A stretch of DNA of 63,997 nucleotides, counting the filler, from Reclinomonas americana ATCC 50394 (taxonomy: Eukaryota): the NCBI GenBank assembly GCA_048213135.1. It is 7 parts of 5 records of this genome, joined end to end, with 100 filler letters (N's around TTAATTAATTAA, not from the genome) between each part and the next. Parts side by side here need not be neighbours in the genome. Positions count along the whole stretch, not along the records: positions 18,309 to 47,305 come from PS015061.1; positions 47,406 to 56,530 come from PS015062.1; 5 more parts are not named here. One strand, written 5' to 3'. Of this stretch, positions 26,167-47,435 are shown one piece after another. The position numbers and the translations under genes are program-made. The notes under the pieces were generated by a model. The model made no database searches. It was not told where the DNA came from and saw only the letters and a program-made list of their open reading frames with translations. The first letter of the stretch is position 1. Each line of letters begins with the position of its first letter.

Positions 26167-27029
26167 CTACTACTACTACTCGTCTCGTACGTACGTACGT
26201 ACGTACGTACGTCGTCTCGCTACGCGTCGTACGTACGTCGACNNNNNNNNNNNNNNNNNNNNNNNNNNNNNNNNNNNNNNNNNNNNNNNNNNNNNNNNNN
26301 NNNNNNNNNNNNNNNNNNNNNNNNNNNNNNNNNNNNNNNNNNNNNNNNNNNNNNNNNNNNNNNNNNNNNNNNNNNNNNNNNNNNNNNNNNNNNNNNNNNN
26401 NNNNNNNNNNNNNNNNNNNNNNNNNNNNNNNNNNNNNNNNNNNNNNNNNNNNNNNNNNNNNNNNNNNNNNNNNNNNNNNNNNNNNNNNNNNNNNNNNNNN
26501 NNNNNNNNNNNNNNNNNNNNNNNNNNNNNNNNNNNNNNNNNNNNNNNNNNNNNNNNNNNNNNNNNNNNNNNNNNNNNNNNNNNNNNNNNNNNNNNNNNNN
26601 NNNNNNNNNNNNNNNNNNNNNNNNNNNNNNNNNNNNNNNNNNNNNNNNNNNNNNNNNNNNNNNNNNNNNNNNNNNNNNNNNNNNNNNNNNNNNNNNNNNN
26701 NNNNNNNNNNNNNNNNNNNNNNNNNNNNNNNNNNNNNNNNNNNNNNNNNNNNNNNNNNNNNNNNNNNNNNNNNNNNNNNNNNNNNNNNNNNNNNNNNNNN
26801 NNNNNNNNNNNNNNNNNNNNNNNNNNNNNNNNNNNNNNNNNNNNNNNNNNNNNNNNNNNNNNNNNNNNNNNNNNNNNNNNNNNNNNNNNNNNNNNNNNNN
26901 TCGTCGTCTTCGTAGCGTACTCCTCTCGTCCCACCCTTCGGTTCGATCTGCTGTACCGTACCGATCGCCTTCGGTCCGGTACCAGCAGTGTCGTCACTGC
27001 AACGACGAACCTTACCTACTTGTGTAGCG

Positions 27030-27109
<80 letters not shown>

Positions 27110-27370
27110 CAGAACACCATGCACTGAGGGACGTTCGAACATTGCAAACAAGTACTTTCCAGTGTCGCTCCTTGTCTCGCCCGCATGCAAGCAGCCATTC
27201 ATTGTGAGCGCGCTCTAGCGCTCTCTCTCCCCTCAGTCTGTTGCGTGTGCATGAAGCACAAAAAGCGTTCAGAACAGGTCAAACTTTGAAAACAGGTGCA
27301 AGCAGTGTCGCTCCTTGTCTGCCTGCATGCAAGCGGCCCTTCACTGTGAGCACGCTCACACACACACACA

Positions 27371-27403
<33 letters not shown>

Positions 27404-27590
27404 ACCATGCATTGAGTGACGTTCGAACATTGCGAACAAGTGCCTGCGGCGTCGAGCCTTGTCTGACCTGCATGCAAGCAGCCACTCATTGTAAGCGCAC
27501 TCTCGCACCCTCTCTCCTCCCTTCGTTGCGTGTGCATGAAGATAAAAAAAGCGTTCAGAACAGGTCAAACTTTGAAAACAAGTGCCCTTG
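26050..27590. repeat. Intergenic ~290-nt tandem repeat with embedded CT/CA microsatellites (interrupted by a gap)
   Basis: gcatgcaagc..ttca(t/c)tgtgagc occurs near 26058, 27183, 27325 and 27470. gcgttcagaacaggtcaaactttgaaaaca occurs near 27265 and 27551, and aacaccatgca near 27113 and 27401. Confidence 0.7.
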
Positions 27591-27843
27591 TCTCTTGCTG
27601 ATCTCGTTCACTCACACTCTCCCACTCTCTCCCACACACACACGCACTCTCTCACGCACTCACTCTCTCACACTTCCCATGATCGATTGCAAAACTTCTA
27701 ACTTCACAATCACAAGTGCACAAGTGTTGCCTTGCCCCTCCTTGTCTCCCTCTCTCTCGTATTGTCACTCTCACTTCTTCTCTCTCTCTCCCTCTCTCCT
27801 ACGCATTGCAATTGGTCCTGTCAGCCTGTGTCTCTTTTTTACA

Positions 27844-30800
27844 ATGAGTGATGGTGAGAAGATTTCGCTTCTTGCGACGAGTAGCGTGAACAATGGTGTT
27901 TCTGGGGAGGAGGTGGTGACTGTGAGGAAAGTGAAGGGGTGAGTGGAGGGGATGAGGGAGAAGAGGGGAGTTGTCTCAGAAGGGAGGGAGAGAGGGGTGA
28001 GTGAGAGAGAGCGAGAGAGAGAGAGAGAGAGAGAGAAGGAGGGGAGGGAGAGGGAGAGAGAGAGAGAAGGAACGGGGAAGAAGAGAACAGATGCGTCTCG
28101 GAGTTGTTTGCATTCATGCAGAGAGACCTTCCTTGCAGATAGTCTCTCTCACCCTCTTACAGAGAGAACACTCATGGCTTGCTCGTTGCAGACACGACTG
28201 CACTCGTGCACAGACAGCCTCTCCTCGACCGGAGCTTCCTCATTGGAGTCTCACTCTCCCTCTCTGTCTCTCTTTCTCGGAGAGGGAACTCATGGCTTGT
28301 ACGTGGCAGTCTGTCTGAGAGAAAGTCACCTTCTTCCGCTCTCAGAGATCTGCATTGATGCCGAGACTGTCTCCTCTCCCTCTTTCTCTCACAAAGATCA
28401 CTCAAGATTCGTCGTTGCTGTCGCGTATTCGTGCACGAGGCAGTCACAGTTCTTCACTCTCGCGCAGAGGAGGTCATTCTGGGCTTGTTCCTTGTCACAC
28501 GGAGCGGTCACTCAGGCTTGTTCGTTGCATTCCGTCTGCACTGGTGCACCGAGCAGTCTGAATCCTTCATTCTCTCTTCCTATGCCCCCAATCCCTATCC
28601 ATTGCAGATCCTGTAGATGCTCAACACACTCCGTCTCCTTCGCTTTCTCTTTCCCCTCACAGAAATCCTTGCTTATTGCTCGTGTCTGTAGCTACTCCTG
28701 TCCTCCCACCTTGGTCATCTACTCACCCTTCCCTTCCCTCCTCTCCAGCCGCATCGCCATCCTCGTCGTCCTCAGCGTGCTATCGCTGGCCGAGTGGTTC
28801 TGTTGCGTCTTCTCCCAACATCACCTCCACCCTCCTCCCCCACCTAACTCTTTAACGACACACAGCCTACCTGCTCGCCAGTCCCTTCCTCCCGTCGTAC
28901 TCGCTCAACCTCCACTGCTCCTACTTGCAAGTTTCGTCGACAGTCTCTCCCCGCCCTTCTCCATTTACTCACCCACCACAGGTGGGCATCATCAACGCGA
29001 CCACGGCCTTTGTGTCATTACTCGTGACGCCACTGGTGGGATGGATGCTGAGCAAGCCGGATAAGGAGCGCATGCTGCTGTGCGTGGGGGCGGCGCTGGA
29101 GGTGAGTGGAAAGACGCAAGGCGCGCACTCGTGTGACAACTCCCGCTCATTGCGCCCTCGGCAGGTGGTCGCCTATGGCGCGTACTCGTTCCTCGGCTTT
29201 GTGCATTACCCGACCGCCTTCTTCTGCCTCTGCGTAATGCTGCAGGCAGTTGCGTGAGCGGGGAAGGGGAGGAGGAGGGGTGGCGAGGGAACGTGGGGAT
29301 TGTCGATCTCTATTTTGTACGCGTCAATCTCTCACGCGTCGCTTGTCGATTTCTCTCGCTGTGCTCGTCCATCTCTCGTTGTGCTTGACGATCTCTCTCT
29401 TTGTGTTTGTCAATCCCTCTTGCGTTGCTTGTCGATCTCTCTCATTGTGCTTGTCAATCTCTCTAGTTGTGTTCGATCTCTCGCTGTGCTCGTCAATCTC
29501 TCTCGCTGTGCTTGTCGATCTCTCTCTCATTGTGCTTGTTGATCTCTTTCGCTGTTCTGTCAATCTCTCTCGCTGTTCTCTCAATCTCTCTCGCTGTTCT
29601 CTCAATCTCTCTCGCTGTTCTCTCAATCTCTCGCTGTTCTCTCAATTTCTCTCGCTGTGCTTGACGATCTCTCTCGCGTTGGCTGTCGATCTCTATCGCT
29701 GTCTCTGTCAGTCTCTCTCGCCGTGCTTTTCAACATCTCTCTCACGTTGCTTGTCGAACTCTCTCACTCTCTCTCTCTCATTGTGCTGTCGATCTCTCTC
29801 GCTGTGCTTGTCATTCTCTCTCTCCTTGTGGTTGCCAATCTCTCTCGCTGTACTTTCCATTTTCTCCTGTTGCGCTTGTCGATTTCACTCGCTCGTCGTC
29901 TCTCCCGCCGTGCTCGTCTGTCTCTTGCTCTCTTGCTGTCTTGTTAGTTCTCTCTCACTTTCCCTCTCTCCCTCTCTCTCACTCTCCCTCTCTCCCTCTC
30001 TCTCCCTTTGCCTGACTCCCCAGATCATCGGCGTCGGCCTGAGCACCACCGGCACCACCGCCCTCGTCATGGTCACGCAATACTGGCCCGACCGCCCGGG
30101 ATTCGCGCGCGGTGTGGTCGAAATGTGGATTGGCGTGGGCGTCACGTTTGGGCCGGTGCGTTTGCTTCAAATCTCCATCTTCTCTCATCCTCCTCCTCAC
30201 TTTTCACCCACGCAGACGCTCGGCGGAGCACTCTTCGCCGCAGGTCAGTCTCCTGCTCATCTTACCCCCTGTCATGCGCACGCTCACGCCATTCTCTCGC
30301 AGGCGGATTCTCACTGCCCTTCATCGTCCAAGCCTCGATGATGGCCGGCATCCTTATCATCCTCTGGCTGGTGCTCTCTCGCACACCGCGACCACCACCT
30401 CTCGGTGCGGCGCCAGTCGCCAGGGAAATGTCGGTCAACAGTTCCGAACCTGGCGACACCACGACGCCAGGCGACCAGCCAGCTGTAGAGGACGAGCCGA
30501 CGGTGTGGCGCATGATTTGGAGCTGGCGGTGGGTCATTCCGGCCAACCTGTCGGTGTTTATCGCGACGAGCATGTGGTGCGTGCGTCTCCTTGCCACAGT
30601 CGATGCTCGTGTCTCGTCTCACACACTCGCCAACAGGGGCGTCATGGGAGCCACTCTCGGTTTGCGTTGGTCGACGGTTGCTTGAGTGTCGCAGTTGCTT
30701 ACTAGTCTCACAGAGCCTGAGCTCACCGGCCCGTACCATTTCACGAATCTGCAAGTCGGCCTCCTGTACGGCTTGTCGGCGCTAGCGTTGCGTAATAATG

Positions 30801-31963
30801 ATGCTGCTTGAATGCGCTTCCGTACCTCTCATCCTTCGGTCGTCATTCAATCTCCTTGATGTACTCTCTCTGTGCGGACTGTCTCTCGCCATCTCCTGTA
30901 ACACGTTGTACTCGCCCTTTCCATCTTATTGTTCCTCTCTCTCTCATGCACCTTCTTTTCTCTCCCCGTTTGCTCACCCCGTCTCTGACTTTCTCATCCC
31001 TGTTGCCTCTATCTCACTCGCCGCTTCCATCTTATTGTTCCTCTCACTCTCCCGCACATTCTTTTCTCTCCCTCATCGTTTCTCTCACCCTCTCGCACTC
31101 CGTCTCTGGCTTTCTCATCCCTGTCGCTCCTCTATCTCACTCTTCCTCTCTCGCTCATATTCACTGCCTTCTTTTCTCTCCCCATTAGCCTCCCGTCTCC
31201 TTCCCCTCCTTCCCCTCCTTCCCCTTACCTTACCTTCCCCTTACCTTCCCGTCTCCTTACCCTCCTTCTCCCTTCTCCTTTCCCTCCCTCTCCCTTCCCC
31301 TTGCCCTCCCTTCTCCTTTACCTCCCTTCTCCTTCTTGCAGTTACCTCATCGTCTCCCCCTTCGCCGGCTGGATAAGCGACTTCAAAACCCTCTGGCCTC
31401 GCCGCCTGTGCATGCTCCTCGGCGTCACCATCTGCGCCTTTAGCCTGCAGTTCATCGGCCCGTCCACACTCTTCGAGTCATTCGTGCCGCACTCGGCGAC
31501 CGTGATCATTGTCGGTGCCGTCATTGAGGGCATTGGTGGAGCGGTACGCTGTTCTCCCTCTCTTCATGCTTCCCGCCTTGTCGCCCACTGTCTTTGGAAA
31601 AATAGCTGGCCTTCAACCCACCCTACAACGAGATGCTGGACAGCCCGGACATTGGCGAGGAGCGCGCACACATTGCCGGCTCGATGATGCAAGTGTCGAT
31701 GCAGCTGGGTGAGCTGGCGGGTGCGCTGACCAGCTCAGAACTGGTGTCGTCGCTCGGCTTCCCCAAGGCCATGAGGTTCGCGTATCGCCTCTGCACTGGT
31801 GTTGAAGAAGGAGCTCACTCGTGCTGTCCTCAGCGTGTTTGGCGTCGCGCTGGTCTCCATCGCCGTCATCGCCCTCGTCTACTTGCTTCTGCATCCTTTT
31901 GTCGCGTCACGGAAAGGAAGGAGGAGACAGCAGCAGCCGCAGGAGAAATACACCAAGTTGTGA
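27844..31963 (+). CDS. Major facilitator superfamily transporter, SLC18B1-like (about 13 exons)
   Basis: The spliced product has ..LLASPFLPSY..VGIINA..TPLVGW..IIGVG..YWPDRPGFARGVVEMWIGVGVTFGPTLGGALFAAGGFSLPF..QVGLLY..SPFAGWISD..QFIGPS..GELAGAL..LGFP, with about 12 hydrophobic segments. TGA at 31961-31963. Confidence 0.85.
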
Positions 31964-32473
31964 TTAGACACGCCGCAACTTTTGGAGACTTGTTTCGCGT
32001 ATCACCTCGGTCGCAGGCGGTGGTAAGCAAACAACAGCAGACGGAGTGTGGTGTTGGTCTGTGAAATTGTCAGGGTGCACCCAGCGTGCGGCGCCGGCAT
32101 GCGCACGAAGCCAAGGGAGCTCTGTGTCTTCATTGACCCTGCGTTCACAACCCATCTCAGCCGGACACACAAGAAATCCTGCCGCTGTTAACATTCTCAA
32201 AACTGGTGTTTGAGTGTTTATGTTTGGATCTGGATATGGTTGGACCTGGTCACCAAAGCAGATGTTGCTTGCTTGTTGGTGAACGGATTGTTGTGCTGTA
32301 GTTTATTGACAACCACCCTGCCTCCCTTGCCTTTTGCCTCAAATCCGAACCGCTGCGACTTCGTGTTCGTCCTGCGGATAAGAAAACTCCCACTCCAAAA
32401 GCGTCGAGTTTGTCGTTTGCACACTGAGACAAAGAGAGATAGAGAGAGGCGCACACACAGCAGGTAGCCGCAA

Positions 32474-34190
32474 ATGGGCTGTCGCGGCTCTCGCCCAATC
32501 TCCGCCTCCTCTCAGGCTGCTCAACAACCTCAGGCACCTCCTCCTCCTGCAGCCTCCACAGACTACATGGTCTCTGCGCGCACAGTCACCAGCACACGCT
32601 CTTCTCAACCTCAACCTCCTCAACAACAACAACAACACCACCTTACCTCTGCGCAAGGACTCGCACTGAGCGCAAGTGGTGTCCCCCTCCACCACCCACA
32701 CTATCTCTCACAACAACAACAACATCATCTTCATCAGCAGCAGCTGGGCCCGCCTGCATCAGTGGGCACTAGTGCAGGCCCAGGCACACCCTTACACACA
32801 GGCCTTACACAGGTTCAGAGACTGTGACTGAGAGTGTGAGAGAGATTCTCATTGGGAATTGATTGTTTGATTGATTGTTTCTGTTGTTGTTGAGAATAGA
32901 GGACGACTGCTGTTGGAGGAGGTTATCGCAACGTGCTGAGTGCGATTGGATCGTCTCCGGGGGTGCCTGGCACGGAAAGTGTGTCGTATTCGTTGGGAGG
33001 AGGCGCAGGTGGCAGTGGATTGTTCATTGGACAGGTCTGTGTGGTATCGTATTCTTCTTCTTGTCCTCCTCCTCCTCCTCCTTTGCCTTCTTCGTCTGCT
33101 GCTGTTGGTTTGCCTGCACCCTCTCCCCTGTCCTCCTCCTCCTTCTCCATCGTCTTCTTGTTGTTGTTCTTCTCCTTCTCCTCCTTGTCCTCCATCATCT
33201 TCTTGTTGTTGGTTTTGTTGTTGTTGTTCTTCTCCTCCTCCTCCTTTGCCTTCTTCCTCTGCTGGTGCTGCTGCTGTTGTTTTGCCTTCACCTTCCTCTC
33301 CTCCCTGTCCTCCTCCTCCTTCTTCTCCTTGTTGTTTTTGTTCTATTCCTCCCTCTTCCTCTACCTCTTTGTTCTCTCTTCTCCTCCTCGTTTGCCTTCT
33401 TCTTCTGCTGTTGCTTCTGATGCTACTGCTCCTCCACCTCCTCCCTGTCCTCCTCCTCCTTCTCCATCTTCATCTTGTTGTTGGTGTTCTTCTTCTCCTC
33501 CTCCTCCTATGACTTCTTCTTCTGCTGGTGCTGCTGTTGCTTCTCCTTCACCTTCGCCGCCTCCTCCTCCTTCGTCTTCTCCGTCTGGTGCTGCTGCTGC
33601 TGCTGCTTTTCTTCACATTCTCTTCCTCTCCATCCTCCTCCTTCTCCTCCGCCGTCAACTCCTGCTTGTTGTTGTTCTTCTTCTTCTTCGTTTCTTCTTC
33701 TCATCCTCCCCGTCTTCCTCCTCATCATCACTTTGTATTCTTCTTGTCAACCTCCCCCTCTCTCTTCCTCCTCCTCCTCCTCCTCCTTCTCCTCCTCCTC
33801 CTTCTCCTTCCTCCTCCTTCTCCTTCTTCCCCTCCTTCTCCTCCTGCCCCCTCCCTCACTCGATGCAATCAGGAACCGAGTGTGAACCACTTGCTACCGG
33901 AGAACAGCGTGCTGCCGAAACCCAACATTGATCATCTGGCTGCGCGTGGCATGCCACTGTCGTTTGTCGGGCAGCAGCAGCAGCAGCAACAGCAACAGCC
34001 TCAACAGCAGCCGACAGATGCTCATATGGGAACGCCGCCTGGAACGGCATCAATGGCGAGTGGGAGCGGCGGTTTGTATGGGAGCTTGCAGCAGGGCGTG
34101 TCGTTTCGGAGTGGGCTGCCGGGAACGGTGCCATCGACACCCATGAATCAGCAACAGCAGCAGCAGCTGTTGCAGCAGCAGCAACAACAG

Positions 34191-34221
<31 letters not shown>

Positions 34222-35455
34222 TTCAGCATGCGGCGTCGATGGCTTCGACGACGCGGGGTTTGGATCCGTTTGCGAGCCACTTTGGAGGGCATCAGCAGAT
34301 GATGCAGCAGCAGCAGCAACAGCAGCAGATGATGATGCAGGTGGGTGGTGGGTGAGGGTGAGGGCGAATCGTCGACGTTCGGCCGTCTTGAATAGCTCCT
34401 CGATGTTCGTCATTGTCGCGACCGCTGTTCGCAGAAGGGGGGTGTTGGTGGGATCGATTTTTGAGCCGACAGTATGTTCTCTTTTCTCGTGTCTGTCACT
34501 CTTGAGATGCTGCGTCCTCCGTCAGAAGTGTGCCTCTGTATTCTTCTCCTGTGTTTGGCAAACTATGACCTCCTGTCTTTCGTATTGTACGCCCAGAGGC
34601 AGCCCTCTACCCTTGACGGGACGAGGAGGAGAAGAAGAAGTAGGAAAATGAGGAGGTGGAGAAGAGGGAGACGAAGAAAAGAGAAATCGTAAAGAAAGAG
34701 CAGGAGGGGATGTCAAAAAGCAGAATAAGAAGAACAAGAAGAAGAGGAAAGAAGACAAAGACTGAGAAGAAGAGGAAGACGTAGGAAGCAATAAGGAGAA
34801 ACCAGCTATACTTCAAGCCCAAATAAGAAGGAAGAACAAGAAATCGAGAAGTATGAGAGTACAAGGGAGAGGAGAAGAACTTGCTTGCTCTTGCAGCTTC
34901 TCCTCAATTCTTGCATTCATGGATCACATCCGCCTTCCTCATCTTTGATCACCACGTTTCCCCATTGCCCTTTCTCCTTGTCCCCCTCACTCGTCTAATT
35001 CGTCCTCCAATCCGTCTTCAACCCTCTTCTCCTTCCCTCGCTTTGCACCTCTTTGGCCTCTCTTCCCCCTCCCTTCTCCTTCCCTCTTCATCCCTCTTCT
35101 CCCTTCTCCCTCCCTTCTCCCCCTACTCCTCCCTTCTCACTCCCTTCTCCTTTCCCAATCCTCCCTTCTCCCTCCCCTCCTCTCTCTCTCCTTCTCCTTT
35201 TCCCCTTCTCCCTCCCTTCCCCTTTATTCCCCTTTTCTCACCCTTCCCCTTGATTCCCCTTTTCCCTATGCGCAGCAACAACGCCAACAACTCCACTTCC
35301 AATCGCAAATTGCCGGTCCACCCGTGTACGCCGACGGCAGCAGCCACCACCCATCCACCGTGCACCACCCGTCCAACCTCACCTCGGAGAGCTTTGGTCC
35401 GATGAGCCCGGCGGCGTATCAATACTATCAGTATCAACAGCAGCAACAACAACAA

Positions 35456-35490
<35 letters not shown>

Positions 35491-37039
35491 CATGGGCTCG
35501 CCGGGCTATGGTGGCGTATCGCTGCAGGGCTCGCCGATGCCGCCCATGATGCAGCGCGTGCCCAATCGCAATCAGATCCTCCGCCAGCAGCACATGCAGA
35601 AACGCATGCAGCATCCGTCGGCGGGTGCCGGACCCATGCGCACCCACGGCTCCGGCAGTGTGACGGGTCACAGTGTGGCGTCGAGCGACTTTACCGGGTC
35701 GCTGAATTTGCGCACGGCCGCCTCGGCCATGCGACAGCTGAGCCGGGCGTCGGCCAGCGGTCAGCCGCCGCTGACGAGTCTCGGTCAGAAGCAGAGCCCG
35801 CAGCAGCAACTACAACATCAACAGCAGCAACCGTCCACGCTCGCCGCGCAGCTGTCGTCCCTTGTACAGTATGGTGGTTTCACGCGGCCGACCGAGGCGC
35901 TGCTGAACTCGCGCAATCAGTCGTACTCGCGCACCTCCCAGCTCATTCCGCGTGTGCGTGCCTGGTTGTCGAACCTGTGGATACCGCGCCGCATTCGCAG
36001 GCGCTTTGGGATTAGCAAGAAGAAGCCGCCCCCGGTGCCTACGGAGCCCGACGAGGACGGTGAAGAGTGGGATCGTTCGACAGAGGAGGCAGCGGTGGCG
36101 GAGGTCGAGGGCGAGAGCACCGAGAGTCCCGCGCCACCCTCACTCAGCAACTACGACGAGCCGTTCCCGCCCGCCGAGGAGATTGAGGGATCGCCGATCA
36201 AGCCCGAGGAGGACGACGGCGTCAGCGATCACATTGGCCCGGCACACGACCGCACACTGGTGGGCGATCGGTGGTACCACAGCTTCATCAGCGACTCACG
36301 CCACGCGATGGCTGGCGGCGGTAGCGGCGGCGGCACGTACGAGGACCCGTCGGTGGTGCGTGCCGCGCGAGTGGCGCACGCCTCCATGGTGTCGCGCCAC
36401 TCGACCATCGACGCCTTCCAGCACGACATTGGCGGCAGCTCCACCTCGGCCGCCTCCGGCGCCGACTCGCCGATGGCCGTCATTTCGCCGACCACCGGAC
36501 CCGGAGGCTACACGTCGGCAATGCCACGTGTCGTCGCCGCCCCTGTCGCCATGCAGTCGACACTGACCGTATCGCCCCTCCTACAACGGCAACGTCAGTC
36601 CTCCAACGCCCTCGCCGCCGCCAGCTCTGTCGAGGACGTGCAGTCGTCCTCGGCCGCTGCTTTTAGCGGCGGCAGTGGTGGTGGTCGAGCCGGCGGAGTG
36701 GGTGCAGGTATCGTCAGTCTGCCCGGGCACGCAGCCGCCGGCGCGATGCACGAGCGCGCCATTCGCTGGCAAGAGTCCGCCGCCCCCGTCGACACCGACT
36801 CGCCCGTGCAAATCACCGACATGGAGATGAGCGGACCGCCGTCACTCGCCGCCGGCTCGCACTCGTCGCGGCAGCGCGTCGATCCGTACCAGCTGCACGT
36901 GTCGATGATCTCGACCGCCGCCGGCATGCTCGACAGCGCCTCCTCCACCAATTTGTCCGACTCGCCCATGCACGCTGCGGATCGTCAGCATCCGCCGCGT
37001 CGCCTACCGCCATTACAGTCGGTGTTGGCGTCGTCATGA
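32474..37039 (+). CDS. Gln/Ser/Pro-rich low-complexity protein of unknown function with an MGC N-terminus (3 exons)
   Basis: Exons 32474-32811, 33873-34340 and 35276-37039 join in phase 0. The 3' exon is long and GC3-rich and there are poly-Q tracts. No folded domain was recognised. Confidence 0.65.
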
Positions 37040-37741
37040 AAAATAGGGAAGAGCGTGAAGGGGGAAGGGCGTGTAGTAGTGAAGAAAATACCGAAACAGT
37101 GGTTAGATGGTGAAAGGGGGAGGGTAGGGAGAGAGAGGGAACGGGAAGGGTTTGAGAAAAGGAGTCCAGTGCCACTGCACGCTGCCTGTGATCGACACGT
37201 TGTCTGCGATTCGAGGCTCATGCAGAAAACTGTACGTCGCGATCGCCATTTTCTTCATTTTCGCACTTTCAGGAGAGAAAGGAGAGGGATCCAACGTCCG
37301 TGAATGCTATACAGTGCCAGTACTCGCCACACGACATGCAGCTCGCGGCCGCGGCTCACGCAAGCGCAAGTGAATACTTCGCTGATATTGAATGATTTGT
37401 TCGGAATTCCTGTATTGTGAATGGCAGATGGAGAGAGCATTCTCGCAAAACGAGGCGCTTTGCACTCTCTGTATTCACCACGTTTCCTGTAACTCGAGGC
37501 TCATGCGGTCGTCTTGCAAGAGAAGTCGGTATCGATATCATGATCATCATGGTTTTCATCTTTTCGCTCGCTTTGAGGAGAAGGAGAGAGCGATATGGTG
37601 CCAGCGAACACTACGTAGTTCGATACCCACCACATCACACGCAACTCGCAGCTCATACAACCATCACGCAACTGAATACAGAGGGTCGACATCGACGTGT
37701 GTTCAGTTTCACATTTTACACACATTCACAGAGAGCGCGCA

Positions 37742-45406
<7,665 letters not shown>

Positions 45407-45602
45407 CAATTGTAATTAGTTGGGTAAGTACCGGCGACAGAGACAGGGGGGGATGTAGTAGTTGTTGTTGAAAGTCTCGTGCGGGGGGTATGGCTGACTA
45501 CGAAAGGGGTGTTGCACGTCGGAGAGGAGAATGGAGTGTGTCGAGCGAGGTGGTGCGGCGACAGCGCTGAAAGGCACATCATAGGCAAAGCAGAGAGAGA
45601 GA

Positions 45603-46414
45603 TCACATCTCGTCCTCGGGGAGAGGATAGTCTGCTGCTGCTGCCATTGAGGCCTCCGGCGCCGCTGTAACACCACCACTGCTCACAACAAACGCCTCGC
45701 CGACGGCAACAGCCGCGTGATCACCCTTGCCAATGCGCTGGTACTGCGCCGCCGTGATTGCTCGCAGCGGAGCCATCTCGACGTGGTCGCCCTCGTCCGT
45801 CGTCACCGACGACGAAGAGCACACGCTGTGTCGATCGTCCTCTGCCGCCGTAGCCGATGCCGCTGCCGCCAGGCGCATCAGCAGGCTGCTGGCGTCCTCG
45901 TCCCCGCTCGCCCCGCTGCTGCTGTCGTCGACAACGTCGCGGCGGAACACCCGCACATCCGCTGGCGACGTGACGTTCACCAGGCGGATGAGCTTCGTCG
46001 GATCCTCGGCGCCAAACACGAAGCGCTGCAGTCTGTGCTCAGGGCAAAGTCAGTCTTTTGTGTCCTTCTTGTCAACCCTCGCAAGTTGTCTTGTCACTCA
46101 CCCATCCTTCTCATCCATCACTGCCAGGAACAGCTGGCAACCCGTGAGGCTTGACAGCTCCGACAGCTTCTTAATGCACCTGGGTGGGCAGGAGGGTGTG
46201 TGAGCAACATCTTCTTCTTTTGTCAACACACAGAGTCCAAAAATAGCTGACTCACCCCTCCCGCCGCTTGCGGAACGTCGTACTGTGACAGAGAAAGAGA
46301 GGGCGCGATGGTGAGAAGATTGGAGAGAGTGCCTCTCTCACTGCTTGTGAGTGTGACTCACCGACGCCGCTTGCGGTCGGGGATGTATGCAATCTCAATC
46401 GCCTTGCGACCCAT
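45603..46414 (-). CDS. Divergent MADS-box transcription factor (4 exons)
   Basis: The spliced N-terminus is MGRKAIEIAYIPDRKRRRTTFRKRREGCIKKLSELSSLTGCQLFLAVMDEKDGLQRFVFG. It has three G|GTGAGT introns. Confidence 0.85.
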
Positions 46415-47013
46415 GGTTCTTGTGTGTGGTTCGATAGCCCTTCCCGATGAAAACCCTTCCTTCGCTTATACGCACACTATTGTTGAGTGTGTGTGGTTGT
46501 TGGTGGTGGTGGTGTTGGTGGTGGTGTTGTGAGAGGAGTGTTGCTGCTCTCGCGAAAGCGTCAAAAAATCGATTGTGCGATGGATTGGATCACGGAAAGC
46601 TGAAAATAGCGCGCGCGCATGAGTGATGCAGCCGAAAAAAGAAACGGTGTATGCCACTGTGCAGGTCATGTGATCAAGCAGGCACTGTGCAGTGCAGGCG
46701 CGATTGTGACTGCAAGAAGCGTTCGAATTCGAATTCGAGTTGCAAATGGAAAGTGCGACATGCGCATGCATGCGCGTCTATTTTCGACTGGTGGGAAGGC
46801 TGAGGTGTGGGGTGCTGTAGCTGCAGGGCTCGTGCACAATCAGATCGATCTCGAGCGAAGGAGAGATCGAGGAAGCCAAATTAGAATTCAGTTGCAAGCC
46901 AATAAACAACAATTCATTCACCAACAAACAATTAATTATGTACAGTGGTGGCGGTGGAGGGTAAGAACGTGCAAGACATGCTGGTCGCGTGAAAGCAGAG
47001 CCAGTGTCAGCAG

Positions 47014-47305
47014 TTACTGCCGTGCAGAGATGACGCGAACACAGGCAGCCACGTGTGCCGCCCAAATGACATGATCATGTCGGGCGACAGACGCACAGCA
47101 CCTGCGCAGCAGGCGCTCCGTCTCATCCTCACTGCGTCGCTGGCTGACAGAATGCTTGTGCACCAAATCGGCCAGACCATTGGCCGTCAGTTTCGACACA
47201 ATGCCACCAGTGCCAAAGACCAACGGTACGAACACGACTCGCTTGCCAGTACGCTCCTGAACGGCTTGAGCAAGGCGTAGGTACTTTCCAGCCTTCTCAT
47301 CGTGA
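47014..47305 (-). mobile_element. 3' fragment of a non-LTR retrotransposon ORF with restriction-like endonuclease tail (R2/R4/NeSL-type)
   Basis: An open frame from the scaffold edge reads HDEKAGKYLRLAQAVQERTGKRVVFVPLVFGTGGIVSKLTANGLADL..*. This matches the K-x-x-K-Y..V.P.V.G..G signature at the end of RLE elements. An AT-rich tract follows. Confidence 0.65.
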
Positions 47306-47435
47306 NNNNNNNNNNNNNNNNNNNNNNNNNNNNNNNNNNNNNNNNNNNNTTAATTAATTAANNNNNNNNNNNNNNNNNNNNNNNNNNNNNNNNNNNNNNN
47401 NNNNNGTGTCTGCTTCTCTATTGTCCTCCTTGCAG

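Noticed and set aside
32923-33850. Minus-strand K/E/N-rich ORF ending in EYDT..PPAPPPNEYDT inside an intron (possible nested gene)
   Set aside because: It is mostly a degenerate trinucleotide-like repeat with frame breaks upstream, and has no convincing start or splice structure.
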